From a virus (Duplodnaviria > Caudoviricetes): a DNA stretch of 64,000 nt. The stretch lies in IMG/VR virus record IMGVR_UViG_3300032283_000551, positions 13,042 to 77,041 of that record. One strand, 5' to 3'. The first letter of the stretch is position 1, and the number at the start of each line of letters is the position of its first letter. Below, piece by piece: positions 48,853 through 54,112 of the stretch. The notes below the pieces were generated by a model. That model was not told the DNA's origin and did no database searches. It worked only from the letters and a program-made list of their open reading frames with translations. Position numbers and translations under genes: made by a program.

Positions 48853-49032
48853 ATGTCGGAAGATTATAGGATTCAATTTTTGGATAATTCAGGTTGGCGT
48901 ACTTGTGTTACCTTTACTTCCCGAGCCGATGGTGCTATGGTAATGAGGGAAATGCAACAAGCCCAGGTGTATTATCCGGAATACCGAATTCGATGTGTTG
49001 ACCACAATGATCGACTGATTGATATGCTATAA
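48853..49032 (+). CDS. Small hypothetical protein (59 aa) inside the tRNA array
   Basis: MSEDYRIQFLDNSGWRT...RCVDHNDRLIDML; fills the spacer exactly. Confidence 0.55.
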   Translation: MSEDYRIQFLDNSGWRTCVTFTSRADGAMVMREMQQAQVYYPEYRIRCVDHNDRLIDML

Positions 49033-49035
49033 ATA
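49028..49035 (+). promoter_or_regulatory. Late promoter in tRNA array
   Basis: TATAAATA 7 nt before tRNA-Trp. Confidence 0.7.
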
Positions 49036-49042
49036 AGTCTGT

Positions 49043-49116
49043 GTCGGTGAAGTGTTATGGTAGCACGTAAGTCTCCAAAACTTGAGGCGAGGGTTCGACT
49101 CCTTCCACCGATGCCA
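49043..49116 (+). tRNA. tRNA-Trp(CCA)
   Basis: Loop CTCCAAA, G73, CCA. Confidence 0.95.
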
Positions 49117-49125
49117 ATAAGTTTA

Positions 49126-49203
49126 GGGCCAGTCTTCTAATTGGACTAGGAATCCAGATTTTCAATCTGTTCAATGCGGGTTCGAGTCCCGTCTGGCCTA
49201 CCA
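49126..49203 (+). tRNA. tRNA-Glu(TTC)
   Basis: Loop TTTTCAA, T-arm GCGGG-TTCGAGT-CCCGT, CCA. Confidence 0.9.
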
Positions 49204-49231
49204 AGTTTTCTGTTGTTTGACAATTTGAATG

Positions 49232-49239
49232 TATAAATA
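49232..49239 (+). promoter_or_regulatory. Late promoter consensus in tRNA array
   Basis: TATAAATA, but only 1 nt before tRNA-Lys(CTT), so it may serve the downstream tRNAs. Confidence 0.5.
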
Positions 49240-49240
49240 A

Positions 49241-49312
49241 GAACGGGTAGCTCAGAGGAAGAGCGGATGCCTCTTAAGCATCGGGTCGAGATTTCGAAAT
49301 TCTCCCTGTTCA
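49241..49312 (+). tRNA. tRNA-Lys(CTT), CCA not encoded
   Basis: GATGC-CTCTTAA-GCATC; acceptor GAACGGG/CCTGTTC. Confidence 0.85.
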
Positions 49313-49317
49313 TATTT

Positions 49318-49392
49318 GGATCCTTGGTCGAGTGGCTTAGGCAGAGGTCTGCAAAACCTTTTACAGTGGTTCAATTCCACTAGGATCCTCCA
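49318..49392 (+). tRNA. tRNA-Cys(GCA)
   Basis: Loop CTGCAAA, U73, CCA. Confidence 0.95.
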
Positions 49393-49398
49393 GAGTTT

Positions 49399-49473
49399 TG
49401 GTTAGTAGCTCAATGGTAGAGCAGGTGACTGTTAATCACCCGGTTACAGGTTCGAGTCCTGTCTAGCCAGCCA
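49399..49473 (+). tRNA. tRNA-Asn(GTT)
   Basis: GGTGA-CTGTTAA-TCACC, G73, CCA. Confidence 0.95.
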
Positions 49474-49596
49474 GGTCGCACAAAAACTGTTCCTATCCGG
49501 TTTTGTGCATTTTGTAGATAGGATACGCTCTTACTGTCTGGGGGTAAGAGAAGAGATAAACTTGCTATTGAAATCAATGGTGGGTTAGCCCAGACC
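49474..49596 (+). ncRNA. Candidate structured RNA with two pseudoknots
   Basis: GCACAAAA/TTTTGTGC with loop TCCTATC pairing GATAGGA; CTCTTAC/GTAAGAG with loop GTCTGGG pairing CCCAGAC. Confidence 0.6.
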
Positions 49597-49602
49597 AAAT
49601 TT

Positions 49603-49678
49603 GCTTCCTTAGCTCAGCTGGTAGAGCATTCGGTTGATAACCGAAAGGTCGATGGGTCGGGACCATCAGGAAGCACCA
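49603..49678 (+). tRNA. tRNA-Ile(GAT) with atypical T-loop
   Basis: TTCGG-TTGATAA-CCGAA; T-loop GTCGGGA; CCA. Confidence 0.85.
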
Positions 49679-49683
49679 AGTTT

Positions 49684-49758
49684 GCCGGATTAGCACAGCG
49701 GTAGTGCAATCGCCTTGTAAGCGATAGGTCGGGAGTTCAATCCTCTCATCCGGCACCA
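49684..49758 (+). tRNA. tRNA-Thr(TGT)
   Basis: ATCGC-CTTGTAA-GCGAT, CCA. Confidence 0.95.
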
Positions 49759-49764
49759 TATTTT

Positions 49765-49854
49765 GGACGTGACATCGGGTGATGACAAGGGCCTTATATT
49801 CCCTTTGCAGCTGATTACTGCTTGGATAGGATTCGAATTCCTACACGTCTACCA
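49765..49854 (+). tRNA. Non-canonical tRNA-like RNA (possible TAT anticodon, or tmRNA-TLD-like)
   Basis: Acceptor GGACGTG/CACGTCT-A-CCA, T-arm TAGGA-TTCGAAT-TCCTA, mini D-arm CATC-GGGT-GATG, AAGGG/CCCTT arm, extra GCAG/CTGC arm. Confidence 0.6.
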
Positions 49855-49857
49855 AAC

Positions 49858-49954
49858 TCAAAGACTACCAGGATTAAATGGGCTCTCCTGGTTCAAGATG
49901 ACTGCTAGTAAAACTGATAACCCCACCCATGGTTTGCAGGGCTCTGGTCTTTGA
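49858..49954 (+). ncRNA. Candidate structured RNA after the tRNA-like element
   Basis: Closing stem TCAAAGACT/GGTCTTTGA, hairpin ACCAGGA/TCCTGGT, possible ATGGG/CCCAT loop-loop pairing. Confidence 0.55.
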
Positions 49955-49962
49955 TACTTTTT

Positions 49963-50036
49963 GCGGGATTAGTATAATGGTATTATCACAGCCTTCCAAG
50001 CTGAGGACAGGGGTTCGATTCCCCTATCCCGCTCCA
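49963..50036 (+). tRNA. tRNA-Gly(TCC)
   Basis: Loop CTTCCAA, U73, CCA. Confidence 0.95.
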
Positions 50037-50042
50037 TTATTA

Positions 50043-50168
50043 AGTGTTAGACATGCGTAATGACCTACGGCTGGTCATCCCGGGAAACTGGGTTGCATCT
50101 TTGATTTGGGAAGAATCCGGATTCGACCCAAAATATCAATGATGTGGGTTCGAATCCCGCTAACACTT
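50043..50168 (+). ncRNA. tRNA-like RNA without an anticodon loop
   Basis: Acceptor AGTGTTA/TAACACT, canonical T-arm GTGGG-TTCGAAT-CCCGC, branched 5' domain and long bulged arm. Confidence 0.7.
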
Positions 50169-50179
50169 AACATTATTAT

Positions 50180-50252
50180 AGCAGAGAGGATTGGTATCCC
50201 ATCTAGGCTCATAACCTAGACCACGGTTGTTCGATTCAACCCTCTGTTACCA
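50180..50252 (+). tRNA. tRNA(CAT), Met/fMet-like, non-canonical D-arm
   Basis: AGCAGAG/CTCTGTT-A-CCA; GGAT-TGGT-ATCC; 6-bp stem TCTAGG-CTCATAA-CCTAGA. Confidence 0.75.
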
Positions 50253-50256
50253 CTAT

Positions 50257-50325
50257 GGCGCTAGAACAGGTGTTCCGGTCGATCTCATAAGTCGACTTGT
50301 GTTGGATCGTTACCAACTAGCGCCT
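50257..50325 (+). tRNA. tRNA(CAT), non-canonical D- and T-arms, no CCA (Met or Ile2)
   Basis: GGCGCTA/TAGCGCC; GAAC-AGGT-GTTC; 6-bp stem GTCGAT-CTCATAA-GTCGAC; T-loop ATCGTTA. Confidence 0.6.
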
Positions 50326-50333
50326 TATAAATA
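50326..50333 (+). promoter_or_regulatory. Late promoter in tRNA array
   Basis: TATAAATA upstream of tRNA-Ser(TGA). Confidence 0.7.
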
Positions 50334-50345
50334 AGTTACTAATAT

Positions 50346-50436
50346 GGATAGGTGGCCGAGTGGTTGAAGGCTCTAGTCTTGAAAACTAGCGAGGGTTAAG
50401 AGCCCTCCGTGGGTTCGAATCCCACCCTATCCTCCA
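50346..50436 (+). tRNA. tRNA-Ser(TGA)
   Basis: CTAGT-CTTGAAA-ACTAG, long variable arm, CCA. Confidence 0.95.
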
Positions 50437-50444
50437 GTTTATTT

Positions 50445-50534
50445 GGAATGGTGGCCGAGTGGTTTAAGGCTGCGGTTTACTAAACCGCCGAGGGTTTATC
50501 CCCTCCGTGGGTTCGAATCCCACCTATTCCTCCA
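50445..50534 (+). tRNA. tRNA-Ser(ACT)
   Basis: GCGGT-TTACTAA-ACCGC, long variable arm, scaffold near-identical to tRNA-Ser(TGA), CCA. Confidence 0.9.
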
Positions 50535-50557
50535 GTTTTATAAAAAGGATATAAAAC

Positions 50558-50722
50558 ATGTCTGGTTACTCTATTGATGTCTTTAAAAAAGCGGCATTTA
50601 ATCATGAACTAGATAATGTATTATCATCTGAAGAACTAAAACAAAAGTTAGGATCCAACCACACTATATTGGTTTCCTATCTTAAAGAACGTGTTAAAGA
50701 GATAGATAAACAATACAGTTAA
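50558..50722 (+). CDS. Small hypothetical protein (54 aa) inside the tRNA array
   Basis: AAGGA RBS; MSGYSIDVFKKAAFNHELD... Confidence 0.6.
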   Translation: MSGYSIDVFKKAAFNHELDNVLSSEELKQKLGSNHTILVSYLKERVKEIDKQYS

Positions 50723-50799
50723 CAGGGAATAGCTCAATCTGGTAGAGCGCTGCGTTTGGGACGCAAAGGTTGCAGGTTCGATTCCTGTTTCCCTGACCA
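50723..50799 (+). tRNA. tRNA-Pro(TGG)
   Basis: Loop TTTGGGA, C1-G72, A73, CCA. Confidence 0.95.
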
Positions 50800-50803
50800 T
50801 TTT

Positions 50804-50879
50804 GGGAGGTTAGCTCAGTTGGTAGAGCGTCACGTTTACACCGTGAATGTCATCGGTTCAAACCCGGTACCTCCTACCA
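50804..50879 (+). tRNA. tRNA-Val(TAC)
   Basis: TCACG-TTTACAC-CGTGA, CCA. Confidence 0.95.
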
Positions 50880-50886
50880 TTTTTAT

Positions 50887-50960
50887 TGCCTGATAGTTTA
50901 ACGGTAGAACGCCGGTTTTTGGTGCCGGCTGTGTTGGTTCAAATCCAGCTCGGGCATCCA
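50887..50960 (+). tRNA. tRNA-Gln(TTG)
   Basis: CCGGT-TTTTGGT-GCCGG, U1-A72, CCA. Confidence 0.92.
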
Positions 50961-50965
50961 TTTTA

Positions 50966-51041
50966 GCCACCTTGGTATAGCTGGTGCGTACATACGCCTG
51001 AAGAGCGTGGGGACTCTGTTCAATTCAGAGAGGTGGCACCA
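50966..51041 (+). tRNA. tRNA-Phe(GAA)
   Basis: TACGC-CTGAAGA-GCGTG, CCA. Confidence 0.92.
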
Positions 51042-51045
51042 TTTT

Positions 51046-51122
51046 GTTGCATTAGCTCAACTGGATAGAGCATCAGCCTACGAAGCTGAGGGTTAGGAGT
51101 TCAACTCTCTTATGCAACACCA
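51046..51122 (+). tRNA. tRNA-Arg(ACG)
   Basis: TCAGC-CTACGAA-GCTGA, CCA. Confidence 0.95.
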
Positions 51123-51127
51123 TTTAC

Positions 51128-51201
51128 GCGCGTGTGACGGAATTGGCATACGTACTGGTCTTAGAAACCAGGTTTTGGGGGTTCAAGTCCCTCCATGCGC
51201 A
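51128..51201 (+). tRNA. tRNA-Leu(TAG), short variable region, no CCA
   Basis: CTGGT-CTTAGAA-ACCAG; only GTTTT before the T-arm. Confidence 0.85.
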
Positions 51202-51208
51202 TTATTAC

Positions 51209-51284
51209 GGTGGTAGTAGCTCAAAGGCAGAGCGTTGGTTTGTGGAGCCAAATGTTGCGGTTTCAAGATCCGTCTATCACCCCA
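51209..51284 (+). tRNA. tRNA-His(GTG) with G-1:C73
   Basis: Loop TTGTGGA; G-GTGGTAG/CTATCAC-C-CCA. Confidence 0.9.
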
Positions 51285-51286
51285 AT

Positions 51287-51361
51287 GGGCTTCTAGTGCT
51301 AGCGGTAACACGTCGCCTTTGCACGGCGAAATTCGGGGTTCGACTCCCCGGAGGTCCACCA
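51287..51361 (+). tRNA. tRNA-Ala(TGC)
   Basis: G3.U70, loop TTTGCAC, CCA. Confidence 0.95.
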
Positions 51362-51366
51362 TTTTT

Positions 51367-51455
51367 GGGAGAGCTGCTCGGACGGCGGACGGGCACTGGT
51401 CTGTAAAACCAGCACTTAAGAAACGGAGTTGGTTCGAATCCATCCTCTCCCACCA
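51367..51455 (+). tRNA. tRNA-Tyr(GTA)
   Basis: CTGGT-CTGTAAA-ACCAG, variable arm, CCA. Confidence 0.92.
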
Positions 51456-51461
51456 CTTCAC

Positions 51462-51535
51462 GGCCGTATAGTTTAATGGTAGAACGTTTGCCTGTCTAGC
51501 AACTCGCCGGGGTTCGATTCCCCGTATGGTCGCCA
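51462..51535 (+). tRNA. tRNA-Asp(GTC)
   Basis: Loop CTGTCTA, G73, CCA. Confidence 0.92.
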
Positions 51536-51553
51536 TATTACAAAGAAACTAAT

Positions 51554-51703
51554 ATGATAAAAGATAAACATTTTTTAAAAGAATTTTGGGAATGGTTTGA
51601 TCTTCTTTCCCAACCAGAAAGAAAAAAATTTCTGGAATACCATTCGGATATGGCAGAAATTTTTTTCTATAATAAAATATACAGTAAAAAATACAATAAA
51701 TAA
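51554..51703 (+). CDS. Small hypothetical protein (49 aa)
   Basis: MIKDKHFLKEFWEWFD...DMAEIFFYNK. Confidence 0.6.
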   Translation: MIKDKHFLKEFWEWFDLLSQPERKKFLEYHSDMAEIFFYNKIYSKKYNK

Positions 51704-51739
51704 ACCCACTATCAACAACTTACAGTGAGGTTTCATGAA

Positions 51740-52102
51740 ATGGAGAAAGCAGTCCCGCCACTAGGGAAACATTTAATTCTTGATGTATGGGGTGAAGTCG
51801 GTTCACTTCCATATTGGAATATGGATGAAGCAGCAGAGTTATTAAAACAAGCTGCCATTCATGCAGGTGCCACCATCTTAACAGAACGATGGCATCATTT
51901 CGGATCCGGGCATGGTTATACCGGGGTTATTATCTTAGCTGAATCCCATATTTCAGTCCATACGTGGCCCGAGAAAGGATATGCTGGAATTGATGTTTTT
52001 ATGTGTGGTGACTGCGATCCGCGGACATCTCTTGATATGATTTTAGATTTTTATAAAGCAGAACGACATAATATAACATTTTTGATACGTGGTGAAGAAT
52101 AA
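51740..52102 (+). CDS. speD: S-adenosylmethionine decarboxylase proenzyme
   Basis: GKHLILD...G.TGVIILAESHISVHTWPE.GYA.IDVFMCG with E|SH autocleavage site. Confidence 0.95.
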   Translation: MEKAVPPLGKHLILDVWGEVGSLPYWNMDEAAELLKQAAIHAGATILTERWHHFGSGHGYTGVIILAESHISVHTWPEKGYAGIDVFMCGDCDPRTSLDMILDFYKAERHNITFLIRGEE

Positions 52103-52106
52103 AAGC

Positions 52107-52136
52107 AAAGGCAGGGCAAAAACCCTGCCTTTTTTT
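52107..52136 (+). terminator. Rho-independent terminator
   Basis: GGCAGGG-CAAAAA-CCCTGCC then T7. Confidence 0.9.
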
Positions 52137-52148
52137 ATGAGAAAATGG

Positions 52149-52177
52149 TTGACAAACCACCTAGAGTATGATATAAT
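52149..52177 (+). promoter_or_regulatory. Early promoter
   Basis: GG-TTGACA-N17-TATAAT. Confidence 0.85.
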
Positions 52178-52202
52178 ATACTGTGTTGGTAAGGAATTAA
52201 TC

Positions 52203-52550
52203 ATGCAATTACTAAAACCTCATATTAATAATATTGGTTCACATAAAAAGAAATTGAATGCCAAACAACTCAAGGCCAAGGCCGAACATGAGGCATGGTT
52301 GCTCAAGAATGGTGTTCACCTGAGTCAATTAAAACCACAAAAACGTGGTAAACTTAAGACTCTATTCTCTAAACCAATCGAAAAACTTTCAGACGGTAAT
52401 TTTACCGATCTTGGTAAGACTGGTATGAAGAAGGAAGAGAACAAGTATACTGGTGATAAGTTGGTTGGTATTGCTATTATGCATAAGAGTTGTCTCCAAC
52501 CTGTATTCAGTAAAGAATCCGCAAAAGATTCTGCACAAATGAGACGTTAA
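52203..52550 (+). CDS. Conserved T4-like hypothetical protein
   Basis: AAGGA RBS; K...YTGDKL.GIAIMHKSCLQPVFS. Confidence 0.7.
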   Translation: MQLLKPHINNIGSHKKKLNAKQLKAKAEHEAWLLKNGVHLSQLKPQKRGKLKTLFSKPIEKLSDGNFTDLGKTGMKKEENKYTGDKLVGIAIMHKSCLQPVFSKESAKDSAQMRR

Positions 52551-52607
52551 TAATAAAAAATATCGACTTTTTTGATATATAATATTATGATATGAAGGAG
52601 ATCATAC

Positions 52608-52802
52608 ATGGCTTTTACAACTGCTTATAAATGCACTTATAATGAAATTGAAAGAGACCGCACATCAAAGAATTTTGGTATGATGGTCGAGCGCTCTCAA
52701 CGCTTTTCATTCTTTAATGAGGCCGTTGATTTTGCTCGTAAGATTTCCAATACATCGGTCAGTATGGTTGGTCGTCCCATTATTGAAGAGGTGAAGCGAT
52801 GA
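52608..52802 (+). CDS. Hypothetical protein
   Basis: AAGGAG RBS; 64 aa. Confidence 0.7.
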   Translation: MAFTTAYKCTYNEIERDRTSKNFGMMVERSQRFSFFNEAVDFARKISNTSVSMVGRPIIEEVKR

Positions 52803-52900
52803 ACTATATTTCTAGGTTTAATGCAGAGAATCGACTTTGGGAACTTGGATATTTGATTGGCGCACATTTCTTTGTGATGTCACGATATCCAAATGTTTAA
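52799..52900 (+). CDS. Very small hypothetical protein (33 aa)
   Basis: GAGG RBS, ATGA overlap, stop overlaps next start. Confidence 0.45.
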   Translation: MNYISRFNAENRLWELGYLIGAHFFVMSRYPNV

Positions 52901-53120
52901 AACTATAGTTCTATTAACTAGTATGTTGGTGGTTACGGCTTGTGTTCCCGTAACCACTACTTATTATCCAAGTGCACCGATTGTTACCACCGAATATGTA
53001 GTACCGACATCATATTATTATAGTCAACGATACTACGGTTCATATTATCGTAATAATTATCACCGTAATCATAACCATAACAATTATCATCGACATCGAA
53101 ATTACCGATATTATCGTTGA
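52893..53120 (+). CDS. Putative lipoprotein with Tyr/His/Arg-rich tail
   Basis: Hydrophobic N-terminus with VTAC lipobox. Confidence 0.5.
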   Translation: MFKTIVLLTSMLVVTACVPVTTTYYPSAPIVTTEYVVPTSYYYSQRYYGSYYRNNYHRNHNHNNYHRHRNYRYYR

Positions 53121-53410
53121 GTTTGATTCTCTTGTGGTGGTGTATTAATAGTAGCTCTGGCATTCTCTAAAAACGTTCTAATAGCGTCAATACTATTCCT
53201 ACACTGCACGTTGTTTTGGTATAGCGTGACAATGAATCTCGCAACCTGCGTGTCTGTAAGGGTTGTTGTGTCAGGAAAAGTATCGACAATTTCACAATTG
53301 TACATACCCTCCTCAGGTGTTACTAAGACATTTTGAGTTGATCTTATCGTAAGGGATTGATTGCTACATCCAACCAGTAACAATAAGGATAAAATAAATA
53401 CATATCTCAT
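53111..53410 (-). CDS. Outer-membrane spanin (Rz1-like)
   Basis: LLVGC lipobox; LYQNNVQCRNSIDAIR; overlaps i-spanin end. Confidence 0.75.
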   Translation of the reverse strand: MRYVFILSLLLLVGCSNQSLTIRSTQNVLVTPEEGMYNCEIVDTFPDTTTLTDTQVARFIVTLYQNNVQCRNSIDAIRTFLENARATINTPPQENQTQR

Positions 53411-53772
53411 CTTGTATTACCTTGTCTAAGTTGTTCTATGGTTTGTCTTATAATGTCTGAAGCAGGTCTATCATTTGCTGCAGCCTGTGGTGAATTAATA
53501 AATTGATTGGTTGCTTCAATGCGTGTTTGTAAACTTCTATTTCTCTGTTCCAATTCACGAGCAATTGCTCTTTGACGATCAGAGATTTCCTGTTGTTGTC
53601 TTACAGATTCTTGTTGATCTTTTAATGTTTGTTCTAATTGTCGTTGATTCTGTTCAAGTATAACTTGTTGTTCAATACTGTGCTTCCATCCAAGATAGGC
53701 AGCACCAATTGAACCAGATACGACTAGAGCTAATACTAAATATATAGCAATTTTACTTAGACCAAAATCCAT
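53407..53772 (-). CDS. Inner-membrane spanin (Rz-like)
   Basis: N-terminal TM helix, then Q-rich coiled coil. Confidence 0.75.
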   Translation of the reverse strand: MDFGLSKIAIYLVLALVVSGSIGAAYLGWKHSIEQQVILEQNQRQLEQTLKDQQESVRQQQEISDRQRAIARELEQRNRSLQTRIEATNQFINSPQAAANDRPASDIIRQTIEQLRQGNTR

Positions 53773-53801
53773 TGTATTATAACCTTTCTAATGAGTATAA
53801 C

Positions 53802-54014
53802 ATGTCAGCATCTTTAAAAATTATCCCTGAAAAAGTTATCAAAGATTCAGCCAAATATTTATCGGATGAAGACCCTGATAATTCATTTATATATGCATTA
53901 AAAACGGGAAGAATCTATAAAAAGAATAATCTTTCTCCAATGTATATACTGGATTGTGATACGATGACTATATATGTTACTACAGAAGAACGAATGCAAA
54001 ATAAATTTCATTAG
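53802..54014 (+). CDS. Hypothetical protein
   Basis: 70-aa ORF (from ATG 53802) between spanins and hsp20. Confidence 0.55.
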   Translation: MSASLKIIPEKVIKDSAKYLSDEDPDNSFIYALKTGRIYKKNNLSPMYILDCDTMTIYVTTEERMQNKFH

Positions 54015-54017
54015 TTG

Positions 54018-54048
54018 TTGACTAATTGATCAATATGTGATATAAATA
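54018..54048 (+). promoter_or_regulatory. Composite early plus late promoter for hsp20
   Basis: TTGACT-N17-TATAAA, where the -10 is part of TATAAATA. Confidence 0.65.
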
Positions 54049-54112
54049 AACGTGTATAAACGCCTAATGGGTTTGTACATTATACAATCTTGCTTAATAA
54101 GGAGAAAAGCAA

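Noticed and set aside
49474-49596. HDV-like/theta or pistol ribozyme after tRNA-Asn
   Set aside because: No P1 partner for the 5' GGTCGCA in HDV order, and the pistol GCG and GU signatures are absent; kept only as an unclassified ncRNA
49763-49954. 63-aa ORF from the track (MDVTSGDD...)
   Set aside because: TTG start without RBS; its 5' half runs through a tRNA-like cloverleaf ending in ACCA. Only the last 16 codons are kept, as a possible tag frame
49410-51536. Track ORFs across the tRNA array (49410, 49574, 51134, 51183, 51235)
   Set aside because: Shadow frames over GC-rich tRNA genes
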